Shown here: positions 21,871-31,486 of the stretch, piece after piece | How positions within the stretch are numbered: position 1 is the stretch's first letter | Layout: the number at the start of each line of letters is the position of its first letter | Assembly: GCA_965223545.1 (NCBI GenBank) | Contig: OZ245006.1 | Location: 6,272,001 to 6,336,000, forward strand | Length of the DNA: 64,000 nt | Source: Planctomycetota bacterium | GTDB lineage: Bacteria; Planctomycetota; UBA1135; UBA2386 | Direction: 5' to 3' | The notes under the pieces: generated by a model | Seen by the model: the letters and a program-made list of their open reading frames with translations, nothing else | Told to the model about the DNA's origin: nothing | The model's database searches: none | Translations under genes and position numbers: made by a program

Positions 21871-23321
21871 GATGACCCCCGCGCGTGCAGGGTGCAGTTC
21901 AGCAGGGTGGACCACGTCGCCGCCAGAGCGTGGCCGTCGCGGTCGATGGGGCCGGCGCGCCAGTGCTGCGTGAGATAGAGGCTGGCGATGTCGCAGAGGT
22001 AGAGCGCGAGCGCCGCCCGCCGCAGCGCCGGGGCGATGCCGAGCTCGATGGCGACCCGCGCGGCCAGATCCGTTTCACCGGCCCTGGCATCCAGCAGCCG
22101 TGAGGCCAGGCCGGTCGGTGCCAGGCGATCGACGAGGACGCCGGTCTGCAGGGCGAAGTGCAGCGCGTCGCCGAGCGGCGGCCAGCCCTGTCGGGCGAAC
22201 TCCCAGTCGAAGACGCACAGTCGGCCACGGCGGGTGTACGTGTTCCAGGGGGTGAAGTCGCGGTGTGCCATCCCGCTCGCGACGCCGTGGGCGTCGAGCT
22301 GCTCGATGCCGAAGCGCAGCGCCGCCTGCAACGGCGCGAGCCACTGTCCGCTGTGATGGGGCGGGATGCGGGTGAGCCGCTCCTCCAGCTCGGCCTCGAA
22401 TGCGCCCCCTCGCCACCGCGCCGGGCCGCGCGTGGCCGCCGCCAAGTGTGCCAAGAACTCGACGTGCCGGCCGTCGGCCCGCAGCGGGCCGCCGTCGAGT
22501 GCGCGCTTGGTCGTGCTCTGCACGACGGCGCGATCGGTCTGGCCAACACGGACGTCGGCGAGCACGCGAGGGACTTCCGCGGCGCCCAAGTCGACGCCCT
22601 GTAGGCCGCTGAGCGCATCGACTTCGCATTGCAGCAGCGCTGCGGTGTGCGGAGTGGCGAGCTTGGCATAGCCGACGACGACGCCCTTTGGCGTCATCAG
22701 CAGCAGGCTCGGCTTGCGCAACGCACCCGGCGTGCCGGGGAACAAGGCCACGGCGAGCGGCTGGGCCAGGTGGGCGGCGAGCGTCTGGCGCAGACCGCGC
22801 GGGGCTTCCGCGACGCCGGGTTTGACGGCGACGAGGATCGCGTCGCGGCTGAGCAGTCGTTGCATCCCGGCGCGGCTGGCCGCGAACGCGGCGCGCTTGG
22901 CGAGGCGGGCTCTGGCCCGGCTCGGCTGGTAGAGCCCCAGCGCGGCGGCGGCCGGTCGGGGGCCGGACGGGGCGATCACCCGCGGATCGTGGATTCCGGG
23001 CAGCGCGGCATAGCGCTCGACGGTGTAGCCCCGCGCGCGGAGCGCGCGCCTCCAGCGCCGCGCAGACCGCGTACAGACCGCGACGGAGCCCCCCGGGGCC
23101 AGCGCGCGATCCAGAGTCTCGAGCGGAGCCTCGCCGAGCAGCAACAACGCCATCGTGTCGGCCCGGTCGGACAGTGCGTCCACCGCGCAGCATTGGACGG
23201 CCGCGTCCGCGGTCGGCTCGACGTCCACCGGCGGGTCGTGGGGCGTGGCCGTTGGCACGGCGACCACCCGCGGTGGTCGCAGCGGCAGCAGGTGGCGGAG
23301 CTCGGCGAGGCGTGGGTCCAT
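21867..23321 (-). CDS. APH/choline-kinase-like phosphotransferase with a degenerate methyltransferase-like N-terminus
   Basis: GTPGALRK, GYAKLA (ATP lysine), HRDFTPWN (catalytic loop) and FDWE. N-terminal LDRALAPGGSVAV. Confidence 0.75.
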   Translation of the reverse strand: MDPRLAELRHLLPLRPPRVVAVPTATPHDPPVDVEPTADAAVQCCAVDALSDRADTMALLLLGEAPLETLDRALAPGGSVAVCTRSARRWRRALRARGYTVERYAALPGIHDPRVIAPSGPRPAAAALGLYQPSRARARLAKRAAFAASRAGMQRLLSRDAILVAVKPGVAEAPRGLRQTLAAHLAQPLAVALFPGTPGALRKPSLLLMTPKGVVVGYAKLATPHTAALLQCEVDALSGLQGVDLGAAEVPRVLADVRVGQTDRAVVQSTTKRALDGGPLRADGRHVEFLAHLAAATRGPARWRGGAFEAELEERLTRIPPHHSGQWLAPLQAALRFGIEQLDAHGVASGMAHRDFTPWNTYTRRGRLCVFDWEFARQGWPPLGDALHFALQTGVLVDRLAPTGLASRLLDARAGETDLAARVAIELGIAPALRRAALALYLCDIASLYLTQHWRAGPIDRDGHALAATWSTLLNCTLHARGSS

Positions 23322-23325
23322 GGTG

Positions 23326-24699
23326 TCAGCGCCAGCGGCGTTCCTCGCGTGCGGCCAGGGTGGCGAACACGATCTGCTCGATCTCCAGCAGCTCGCGGTC
23401 CAGGGACTGCTCGGTCGACACCGAGTGTGCGCTTGGTGTCCTTTCGGCGATTTGGGCGAGGATCGCGAGCTGGCGCTCGATCTCGCGTTCGTCCAGCTCC
23501 TGCTTGCGCGCGTGAATCCGCGCCGGCGTGCCGGTGAGGACCACCACCAGGTCCAGCTTGGGGATCGTGGCGACGGCGGCGTGGACCAACCAGTCCGGCA
23601 AGCGCAGCCGCGAACGGCGTCGATCGACGACGAAATCGTAGGCGTAGCGTTCGACGACGGTCAGGGTGGAGCACACCTTCGGCCACCACAGGCGTGGCCA
23701 GTAGCCGAGCTGGTAGTCGCACCAGTAGTAGGTGAACCGCAGCAGCGATACCGCGCGTCCCATCGGCGGGCGCGCGTGCGGAGTGCTCGGTGGCCGCGGC
23801 GGGCGGACGCCGGGCAGCACGCGGCTCGGTTGCGGCAGCAGGTAGGGGCGCCAGTGCATCGCCGCGGTGCGGCGAAACGCCGGCGCAACGCGCTCGCGCA
23901 GCGCGGCCGCCACCGTCGATTTGCCACCGCCATCGGGCGCCAGCAAGCCGAGGTGCAGACCCGTCGGACGACCGAGGCGGGTGACGACGCGCAGGCCGCG
24001 CCGCACCGCGGCGTTGACGGCGGCGGCCGGCCGCCGCCAGAGTCGGCGGCGGGCCGACCGTGCGAGAGACGGCAGCGCGGGATGGTGCTCGTCGTCGCTG
24101 GTGAGGAGCGCATCGATGCGAGGCCACGGGTCGTCACCGAAGTGGCGCCGAAACAGCGCGTCGCAACCCGCCCGGTCCTCCTCGATGCCGGCGACGATCC
24201 GACCGCGGTCGTCGACCCCCAGGCGTCCCTTGCGGCTGCGCTTGAGGAGGAGGTAAGTGGCTTCGACCGCCGCGGCCGGTCGGCAAAAGCAGCCGTGCCG
24301 TCGACGGCCGTCGAGCAGCGTCGTCGAGGCGATGCGATAGGCGCCGATGCCGCGGTGGTCGGCGAGGAGATCGATCTGCAGGAAGCGCGGCGCGCCATCG
24401 TCCTCGTGCCACGCGACGACGTAGAAGTAGCACCACGGGATGTCGTAGTGGATTCGTTGGACCACGTGGGCGCCGTGCGCCGCGGCCGCCGTGCGCACCA
24501 GGCGCGCCGCGTCGCGGCGCCGCGCGGGGTCGATGGCGATGTCGACGTCCGACGGGGCCCGGTCGGGGAGCTGGTCGTAGTCGTGCAGCACGCAGTAGGC
24601 GATGTCCGCTGCGTCGAAGCCGGCGAACAGGTGGCGCAGCATGGCCCCCACCCGGGTCGACTGTCGGTAGCGCGGCAGGGTCGTTGGATCACCCGGCAT
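23326..24699 (-). CDS. nucleotidyltransferase-fold domain fused to a thymidylate-kinase-like P-loop domain
   Basis: N part YCVLHDYDQLP..SDVDIAI and QIDL. C part LLAPDGGGKST (Walker A), VERYAYDF and RIHARKQE. Confidence 0.75.
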   Translation of the reverse strand: MPGDPTTLPRYRQSTRVGAMLRHLFAGFDAADIAYCVLHDYDQLPDRAPSDVDIAIDPARRRDAARLVRTAAAAHGAHVVQRIHYDIPWCYFYVVAWHEDDGAPRFLQIDLLADHRGIGAYRIASTTLLDGRRRHGCFCRPAAAVEATYLLLKRSRKGRLGVDDRGRIVAGIEEDRAGCDALFRRHFGDDPWPRIDALLTSDDEHHPALPSLARSARRRLWRRPAAAVNAAVRRGLRVVTRLGRPTGLHLGLLAPDGGGKSTVAAALRERVAPAFRRTAAMHWRPYLLPQPSRVLPGVRPPRPPSTPHARPPMGRAVSLLRFTYYWCDYQLGYWPRLWWPKVCSTLTVVERYAYDFVVDRRRSRLRLPDWLVHAAVATIPKLDLVVVLTGTPARIHARKQELDEREIERQLAILAQIAERTPSAHSVSTEQSLDRELLEIEQIVFATLAAREERRWR

Positions 24700-25936
24700 G
24701 GCGGACTCGAACGCGGTGGTGCCATGCGGCGACGAGGAAGGACAGCAGCACGGCTTGGCCCAGGGCGGCGGCGGCCGCCACGCCCTCGGCACCGTAGCGC
24801 AGGATCAGCGGCGGGCCCGCACAGATCGCCACCGCGGCCGTGATCGCGCCGGCGAAGAACAGCGCCTGCGGTGCGCGGATCGCCTTGAAGCCGTATTCGT
24901 AACTCCGGCCCAGCGCCAACAGGGCGTACTGGAGGGCGAACCAGCGCACCAGCGTTGCCTCGCCGGCATAACGATCGCCGTAGACCGTGGCGAGGGTCAG
25001 CTCGGGCACGCAAGCAACCGCCGCGCCGAAGCCGCCGATCGCCACACCCGCGAGCCAACGGCACCGCGCCAACAGGGGCTGCAGCGCCGGGATGCCGCCA
25101 CCGGCGTAACGCCGCGCGGCCGCTGGGTTGGCGACGTTGTCCATCGCCAGCAGCAGGGGGTGGGTCGCGCCGAGCAGGTGGCGGGTGGCGCCGATGGCGC
25201 CGACCGCCGCGGGGGCGAGCAGCAGCGCGCCGAGGTAGACCATCAGCTGGCTGCGCGCTTGCTGGGTCAAGACACCTGCCAATCCCCAGCGGCCGAACTG
25301 CCAGTGCTCGCGCAGGGTCGCCGCGGTGCGGTCGGTGCGCTGCGCGATCAGGTCCCGGCATTGCCAGTAGCCGAGGAGCGCTGCGGGGAGCGCCGCGGCG
25401 CCGAGCGCGACCAGGGCGGTGCTGGGTGAAGGCGCTGCGCGGCCGAGTGCGACGACGGCGCAGAGCTGTCCAGCGCACGCCAGGGCATCGTTGGCGAGCG
25501 CAGCCGCCAGGCGACCTCGGGACAGCAGGACCCGCCGCGGAAACTCCTGCAGCAGCTGGCCCACGCTGCACACGAGCAGGGCGGCGGTGAGCTGCAGCAG
25601 CGTGGCGCCGCCGAGAGCGCCCGCGAGGAGGGCCGCGCCCGCGCCGAGCGCGGCGAGCAGCGGGATGTAGGCGGCGTGCAGTCGGGCAGCGGCGGCGTAG
25701 TAGGGGCGCGCGAGGTCTGCGGCGAGCGGCGCCCCGAACGTCGCCAGCGGGCCGCCGAGCAGCGCCAGGTGGACACCCGCCGAGAGCATCACCAGCCCCT
25801 GGCAAACGACGAACGCGCCGAACTCCGCGGCGCTGAGCTGGCGCGCCAGGAGCACGGTGATCGAGAAGCGGGTCACCGAGACGATCAGCTGGTCACCGAT
25901 CGCCAGTGTGTTGCGACGCCACCGAGAAGCGCCCAA
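24689..25936 (-). CDS. wzx: Wzx-type oligosaccharide flippase
   Basis: DQLIVS...LLARQLSAAEFGAF, many TM helices, VYGDRY and YGAEGVAAA. TTG start just after the upstream stop. Confidence 0.8.
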   Translation of the reverse strand: MGASRWRRNTLAIGDQLIVSVTRFSITVLLARQLSAAEFGAFVVCQGLVMLSAGVHLALLGGPLATFGAPLAADLARPYYAAAARLHAAYIPLLAALGAGAALLAGALGGATLLQLTAALLVCSVGQLLQEFPRRVLLSRGRLAAALANDALACAGQLCAVVALGRAAPSPSTALVALGAAALPAALLGYWQCRDLIAQRTDRTAATLREHWQFGRWGLAGVLTQQARSQLMVYLGALLLAPAAVGAIGATRHLLGATHPLLLAMDNVANPAAARRYAGGGIPALQPLLARCRWLAGVAIGGFGAAVACVPELTLATVYGDRYAGEATLVRWFALQYALLALGRSYEYGFKAIRAPQALFFAGAITAAVAICAGPPLILRYGAEGVAAAAALGQAVLLSFLVAAWHHRVRVRHAG

Positions 25937-25938
25937 CC

Positions 25939-26811
25939 CTACCGCCTCGCGTCCATGGAGGGGGGCACCTCCGCTGCTGTCAGCCGTGCCATGCTGTCGG
26001 CGCGCGCAGCGCTGAGGGCGTGCTCGATGGCTGCGACCCGCGCCGCGTCGCGGCCGCGGGAGACCACGACCTCCGCGTCGCGCGTCAGCAGCTCGGCGCG
26101 AAACACGGCCTGTGTTGGAACCGGTTCGAGAGTGAACCCGTGCGTCGCGTTCAGGTGGCGGATCAGCTCCGGTCCGCGCGCCAGCACGTCCTCGAGGGCC
26201 AACAGCAGGCTGCGCGCCGGCCGCCGGCGCGCGTGCTCGACCAGGCGTTCGTTGTACAAACACCAGGCGTGCAGACTGGTGCGCCGCGCCCAGCTGGAGC
26301 CGGGGCGGTAGCGCCACCGGCGCAAGGCGGCCCGCGCACTCGACTCATCCGGCCGGGGCCGGGCGCCGCGCCGCCGGATCGAATCCACCACGGCTGCTGC
26401 CGGGCGGTATACGCCGAGCATGACCAGCGATGGGCAGGCCTGGCGCCACAGGTCCAAGAACAGCGCACTGCGGGGGTCTTTGAAGCCCCACTGGCGCTCG
26501 CCGCGGCGCTCGATCAGCGCGCGTGCCGCAGCGATGCGTTCCGGGTCGGAGCGTCGGCCGAGCGCCTCGGGCAAGCGGCGCAGACCGCGTCCGCGCAGGC
26601 CGCCGCTCGACAGACCCGCGTCGGCGAGCAGTGCGCGGTGCAGGCCCACCGCCTCGTCGTCCTCGAACAGACCCGGCTCGTTGCCGATCGTGGCCCCGAG
26701 CAGGGCGTTGCCGAGATGCAGGCCGCAGGCGTGCAACCAGCTCGCGGTGAGCGACGTGCCCGAGCGGTGCATGCCGGCGATCAGCAGCGGAGGTGGAACG
26801 GTGCGGCTCAT
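25939..26811 (-). CDS. PAPS-dependent sulfotransferase family protein
   Basis: IAGMHRSGTS (5'-PSB loop), WGFKDPR and YRPAAAVVDS (3'-PB). Confidence 0.85.
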   Translation of the reverse strand: MSRTVPPPLLIAGMHRSGTSLTASWLHACGLHLGNALLGATIGNEPGLFEDDEAVGLHRALLADAGLSSGGLRGRGLRRLPEALGRRSDPERIAAARALIERRGERQWGFKDPRSALFLDLWRQACPSLVMLGVYRPAAAVVDSIRRRGARPRPDESSARAALRRWRYRPGSSWARRTSLHAWCLYNERLVEHARRRPARSLLLALEDVLARGPELIRHLNATHGFTLEPVPTQAVFRAELLTRDAEVVVSRGRDAARVAAIEHALSAARADSMARLTAAEVPPSMDARR

Positions 26812-26836
26812 CGCGCCCGAGAACGTGGCTGGCGGC

Positions 26837-27913
26837 TTACCGCGTATCGAGAGGGTCGACGAAGAAGTTGACCTGCAGCCTGAGCACCGCGGCGATCAGC
26901 GACCGCGTCCAGGAGCCGGTGGTGTGATCGACCGAGATCACGTCGCCCGGGCGGATCTCCAGCTGGCTGGCGCGGTCGGCTGGCCGGCCGGAGATACCGA
27001 ACGTGGCGGCGACGATCTCGCCGTCCTCCGCCTTGCGAAACACCGTGGCGTAGGGCGGGTCGGCGATGCGGTCGACGCCGCCGGCGACCGCGAGTGCTTG
27101 CATCAGGTTGTAGCTGCCTCCCGGTGGATACTCGTAGGCGCCGGGCTTGGCGACCAGCCCGACGACGGTGAACAGCTCGGGCTCCCAGCGCTCGACCTCG
27201 ATGGTCTCGCCGCCGCGCAGCGCCACGTCGGCATACGGAACATTGAGGCCGACGACCGGCAGAGCGAGTGCCGTCGGCCGGTCTTCCCCGGGCCGGCGGA
27301 TGCGGATGGTGCGCGCGCCGACCTCGAGATTGCTCGCGCGCAGAATGCCCCCGGCTTCGGTCAGTGCGCCGTAGAGACTCATCCGGTCCGACGGCAGGGC
27401 GTGCACTCCGGGCTGTTCGACAGCGCCGAGGACGGCGACCTTGACGGTGTGGTGCTCGCGCACTTCGACGACGATCGCCGGTCGTTGCGCCAGCAGCCGG
27501 GGGTAGAGCGCGGCCGCGATCGTCGCCTCGATCTGCAGCAAGGGCATGCCGCGGGGTGCCTCTTCGCCGGTGCTCTCCTCGCGATCGCTCTCGAGGACGG
27601 AGATGTCGCCGGCGAGCGGCAGCTGGATGGTCCAGTCGTCGCGGACGCGGGTCAGCAGCTCGCCGCCATCGCCGGCGAGCAGCTCGCCCGCACCGCGCAC
27701 CCGCAGTAGGTCGCCGGGCACCACCCGGTACGGGCCCGGCGTCGGCAGCCCGGCCAGCAAGCGGTCGCGGTCGAGCGCCGGCTCGATGGGGCCCGCGGCG
27801 ACGAACGCCTGGTAGTCGGCGTCGGTCGGCCAGTACGTCGTGCCGATGCCGCAGCCGGTCGTCGCCAACAGACACCACAGGCCGGCGGCTGCCGTTGGGC
27901 GACCGCGCCTCAC
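26837..27913 (-). CDS. wza: polysaccharide export lipoprotein (Wza/OPX, Poly_export + SLBB)
   Basis: Lipobox-like ATTGC, YRVVPGDLL, IQLPLAG, VLGAVEQPG, GLVAKPGAY and IRPGDVI. Confidence 0.85.
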   Translation of the reverse strand: MRRGRPTAAAGLWCLLATTGCGIGTTYWPTDADYQAFVAAGPIEPALDRDRLLAGLPTPGPYRVVPGDLLRVRGAGELLAGDGGELLTRVRDDWTIQLPLAGDISVLESDREESTGEEAPRGMPLLQIEATIAAALYPRLLAQRPAIVVEVREHHTVKVAVLGAVEQPGVHALPSDRMSLYGALTEAGGILRASNLEVGARTIRIRRPGEDRPTALALPVVGLNVPYADVALRGGETIEVERWEPELFTVVGLVAKPGAYEYPPGGSYNLMQALAVAGGVDRIADPPYATVFRKAEDGEIVAATFGISGRPADRASQLEIRPGDVISVDHTTGSWTRSLIAAVLRLQVNFFVDPLDTR

Positions 27914-30117
27914 GACACGTCGCTCCGGGGCCGGCGCCGGCGGGCCACGGGATCGGACGTCGACAGCGTCGAAGCCGCCGGGGTGCCCGGTGCTTTGGCG
28001 CGCTGGTCGTCGCCGCCACTCCTGCCGTAGCCGTAGCCCGCTCCGTAGCCGTAGCCGATGCCGCGCGGCATGCCGTTGAGCGCGATGCCCAGCAGGCGCA
28101 CGTCGGTCTCGAGCAGCGCGTCGCGGGCCGCCGCGGCGCGCTTCACCGTCGTCTTGTCGACCCGCACCACAAGCACCGCGCTGGCGCAGCGCGCGGCGAT
28201 GATGCGTGCGTCGGCGACCGGCAGGATCGGTGGCGAGTCGACGATGACCCGGTCGTAGCGCTCGGCCGCGGTGCGCAGCAGCTGAGCGAACCGGGGGCTG
28301 TCGAGCAGCTCCGCCGGGTCGGGCGGGATCGGGCCGGCGGCCAGCACGTCGAGCCGGTCGATCCCACTGCGCTGCACCGCGGTTTGCAAGTCACCGTCGT
28401 CGCGCAGCAGCGTGGACAGGCCGTCCTCGCCCGCCAGCCGAAAGCGCGCGGCCTGGCGCGGCCGGCGCATGTCGGCGTCGATCAGCAGGGTGCGCTGCCC
28501 GGCCTTGGCCATCGCGATCGCGATGTCGCCGGCGATCGTGGTCTTGCCGTCGCCGGTGTCCGGCGAGGTGATCTGCGTGACGCGGGCCTCGCCATCGGGC
28601 GAGGCGAAGTAGATCGCCGTGCGCAGCGAGCGGGCCGCTTCGGCGGACGCGGCGTGCTGGCCCCACGCTTCGACGGCCGACTCGCCGCCGCTGCCGCGTG
28701 GCCGGCGCGGCAGGATCGCCAGCACGGACAGGCCGAGGGCGCCGCGCAGCTCCTCGGCGCTGCGGATGCGTTGGTCGAGCATGCCGCGGAGCCAGGCCAG
28801 GCCGGTGCCGGCGAGCAGGCCGAGCAGGACCGCGATCGCCAGCCGCGTCGCCTTGCTCGAAGCGACCTCGGCGGTGCGCGGTTCGGCGTAGTCGAGCACG
28901 TGGACGATGCCGGCCCCGCTGTCGTCGCCGTCGCCGACGCGCAGGGCGGCGAGCTGGGTGTAGACCGCGTCGAGGGCCTTCTCGGCGCGGAGCACGTCGC
29001 CGCTCAGCTGGTCGTAGCGCGCGTAGACCGCGCCCAGCGCGTTGACGCGTTCCTCGCGCGCGGCGACGGCCTCGGCGAGCTGCCGGTGCTTGTTGTCGGC
29101 GGCCAGGTGGGCCTGGCGCAGCCCCTCGACGAAGGCCTCGGCGAACAGCGCGTCCTGTCGGGTCAGCTCGGCGCGCAGCTCACCGATGGCGACGTCGAGG
29201 TTGACGACTCGCGGGTGCTCCGCCGACAGCTGCACCACCAGGTCGGCCCGCTCGCGTTGGAGCTGGATCACTTGCTGCACGATGGCGGTGACGCTGGGTG
29301 GCCACAGGTTTTGGAATCCGCCGTGCTCCAGCAACGTGGGCAGGACCTGGCGCAACACGGTGGGGTCGGCCTTCAGCGATTGTGCGGTCTGCCACGCCGC
29401 CGCGGTCTTGCGCAGCTCGTTCTCCGCATCCACCAGCTCGGCCGACAGCTTGCGCCAGGTTTCGGCCAAGACCGAGAGGCCGCCGACCTCGTCGCCGACC
29501 TCGGGGTGCTCGGCGCGGTAGTTGGCGCGCGCCAAGGTCGCCTGCTCGAGCTCGGTGCGGCGTCGCTCTTCCTCGGCGGTCAGCGCGGTGCGCAGCTCTT
29601 CCGCGCTGCCGCGTTGCATCTTGGTCTGGAAGGCTTCGAAGGCGGCGACGATCTCGTTGACCACGGCGCACGCTTCGTGTTTGTGCGCCGAGTCGAGCCC
29701 CAGGCTGATCACGTCGTCGTCGCTGCCGACGCGGACGTCGAGCTCCTTCTTCAGCCACGCGATCTCGTTGGTGCCGGGCTCGAACAAATCGGGTCGCGGA
29801 TGCGCGCCGCGGAACTCCTGCAGCGCTTCGACCAGGACCTCGGTCGACACCAGCAGCTCGGCCTGGGTGTTGGCGTAGTTCTTGGCGCCGAGGCCGAACA
29901 GGGCTTCCATGCCCGGCACCGCGCCCCGCGCGCTCTGCACGAACAGCCGGGACTGCGCGCGCCAGATCGTGCCCTGGCGTTGCACGAAGAGGAACCCGCA
30001 CAGCGTCGCCAGCGCGGTGCAGGCGGCGATCCACCAGCGGCCGCGCCAGAAGATCGATCCCACCTGGGCGAGCGACAGCTCGGCGCCGTCGGCGGGGGTT
30101 TGGTCGGGGGCGCTCAC
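27910..30117 (-). CDS. wzc: polysaccharide co-polymerase / tyrosine autokinase
   Basis: Two TMs flanking a coiled coil, then AEAARSLRT, TSPDTGDGKTT, IDADMRRP, VDSPP and a C-terminal GYGYGAGYGYG tyrosine cluster. Confidence 0.93.
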   Translation of the reverse strand: MSAPDQTPADGAELSLAQVGSIFWRGRWWIAACTALATLCGFLFVQRQGTIWRAQSRLFVQSARGAVPGMEALFGLGAKNYANTQAELLVSTEVLVEALQEFRGAHPRPDLFEPGTNEIAWLKKELDVRVGSDDDVISLGLDSAHKHEACAVVNEIVAAFEAFQTKMQRGSAEELRTALTAEEERRRTELEQATLARANYRAEHPEVGDEVGGLSVLAETWRKLSAELVDAENELRKTAAAWQTAQSLKADPTVLRQVLPTLLEHGGFQNLWPPSVTAIVQQVIQLQRERADLVVQLSAEHPRVVNLDVAIGELRAELTRQDALFAEAFVEGLRQAHLAADNKHRQLAEAVAAREERVNALGAVYARYDQLSGDVLRAEKALDAVYTQLAALRVGDGDDSGAGIVHVLDYAEPRTAEVASSKATRLAIAVLLGLLAGTGLAWLRGMLDQRIRSAEELRGALGLSVLAILPRRPRGSGGESAVEAWGQHAASAEAARSLRTAIYFASPDGEARVTQITSPDTGDGKTTIAGDIAIAMAKAGQRTLLIDADMRRPRQAARFRLAGEDGLSTLLRDDGDLQTAVQRSGIDRLDVLAAGPIPPDPAELLDSPRFAQLLRTAAERYDRVIVDSPPILPVADARIIAARCASAVLVVRVDKTTVKRAAAARDALLETDVRLLGIALNGMPRGIGYGYGAGYGYGRSGGDDQRAKAPGTPAASTLSTSDPVARRRRPRSDVS

Positions 30118-30156
30118 GATGGCGGGTGGCTGGAAGCGCCCGGTCCTCTTTGGAAC

Positions 30157-30912
30157 TCAGCCGGCGGCGACGACGGCGATGTTGTCCTGCCCGCCCGGGT
30201 GGTTGTCGACACCGGCCAGGGCGAGCTCGGTGAGGGCTCGAGCGAAGGAGGAAGCGGTCGGGTGGCGGTCGAACACCCCGCTGACATGGGCCGGTCCGAT
30301 CGACAGCTCGGGTCGGCGATAGCAGCAGGCGTCGATTCCGTCACTGAATCCTACAACCAGATCGCCCGGCTCGGCGACGAACTCGAACTCGGCGCCGCGC
30401 CCCGGAGCGAGCGACTCGGCCAGCCGCGGACTGACCCACGCGCTGTTCTTGGTGTTGAGCTGGAGCGGCCGCGCGGCGCGGCGCAGCAGGACCATCGACG
30501 CGTCGCCGTAGGAGATGCCAAAGCCCGCGCCGTCGGCGCGATGCCACACCGCGACGGCCAGGGCAGTGCGCGAGTGCTCGTCGGCCGCTTCGTCCTCGGT
30601 GCAGGCGGCGAGCTGGGCGACGAGCTCGAGCGGGGTCGCGGCGATGCCGACCGGCGGGCGCGCCAAGGCGGTGAGCAGGGCGTGGCTGGCGTAGTGGCCG
30701 TGGTGTCCATCGGCGACCGCCAGCAGCGTGCGCTGTCGGTCTTCGATCAGCAGGGCCGCGTCTTCGTTGGGGATCGCCGGGTCGCCCTTGTGGCGCAGGC
30801 CCGGGCTCTGGCGATCGCCTCCGACGCTGAGTGCGCAGGCCGCCCGGCCCTGGCGCAGCGCGCGCAGCTCGTACTCGCCGTACGCGTGGTGGTCGCGCCC
30901 CAAGAGCAGCAC
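30157..30912 (-). CDS. PP2C/PPM-family phosphatase
   Basis: PNEDA, AVADGH, YGDAS, FSDGI and GQDNIAVV, i.e. the PPM metal-binding Asp motifs. Confidence 0.85.
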   Translation of the reverse strand: MLLLGRDHHAYGEYELRALRQGRAACALSVGGDRQSPGLRHKGDPAIPNEDAALLIEDRQRTLLAVADGHHGHYASHALLTALARPPVGIAATPLELVAQLAACTEDEAADEHSRTALAVAVWHRADGAGFGISYGDASMVLLRRAARPLQLNTKNSAWVSPRLAESLAPGRGAEFEFVAEPGDLVVGFSDGIDACCYRRPELSIGPAHVSGVFDRHPTASSFARALTELALAGVDNHPGGQDNIAVVAAG

Positions 30913-30958
30913 GACTTCGCGGTCGGCACCGCCGGCGTCCCCGCTCAGGGTTGGCCGC

Positions 30959-31237
30959 TCAGGGTTGGAACGGGGACAGCGGACGCGGATCGAGCGACAG
31001 CGTGAGTGCGTCGACTGCGCGCGTGGACGGCTGCGCCGTGCGGCGGCCGCGGCGTTGTCCGCGATCGCGCACCGGCTCTTGCCCGATGACCAGCTCCCAG
31101 GCCGACGGCGACAGCTGTTGCTCGGGCGTGGCCTGGCCGGCGCGTGCCTCGTGTTGCGTCGAGACCGCGATCGCCACCACGAGCGCGGCTCCGCCGATCC
31201 ACCACTTCTTGTCGCTTCGCTGCATCATCGTGCTCAT
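30959..31237 (-). CDS. small exported/membrane hypothetical protein
   Basis: KKWWIGGAALVVAIAV hydrophobic segment and an ARA-G possible cleavage site. First gene of the minus-strand run. Confidence 0.55.
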   Translation of the reverse strand: MSTMMQRSDKKWWIGGAALVVAIAVSTQHEARAGQATPEQQLSPSAWELVIGQEPVRDRGQRRGRRTAQPSTRAVDALTLSLDPRPLSPFQP

Positions 31238-31486
31238 CCGGTCCGAAGACCCGGGACGTGTGCCGCCATGCTAGCGGGTCGCCCCGCCTTGCCAAGATGC
31301 TCTGCACCGTCCGCGCCCCGGCGGGTGGCGCCGCGCCGCGCAGTCCGACCCCAGGGGTTTCCCTGGGCCTAGCGGCGACGCGCCGGTGCCAAGGGAGGCT
31401 CCGCGGTGGGGTAGGCTCCTTCCTCGAGAGCGTGACGCGGCTGCGCGCTCGCTCGACCCGGCCTCGAATTGTCGCCGCCACCGCCC

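Noticed and set aside
27556..31005. 1149-aa + strand ORF and similar long ORFs (11919..15011 -, 50269..52983 -, 4558..6288 +)
   Set aside because: These are antisense shadows of well-supported genes in high-GC DNA, with no motifs of their own.
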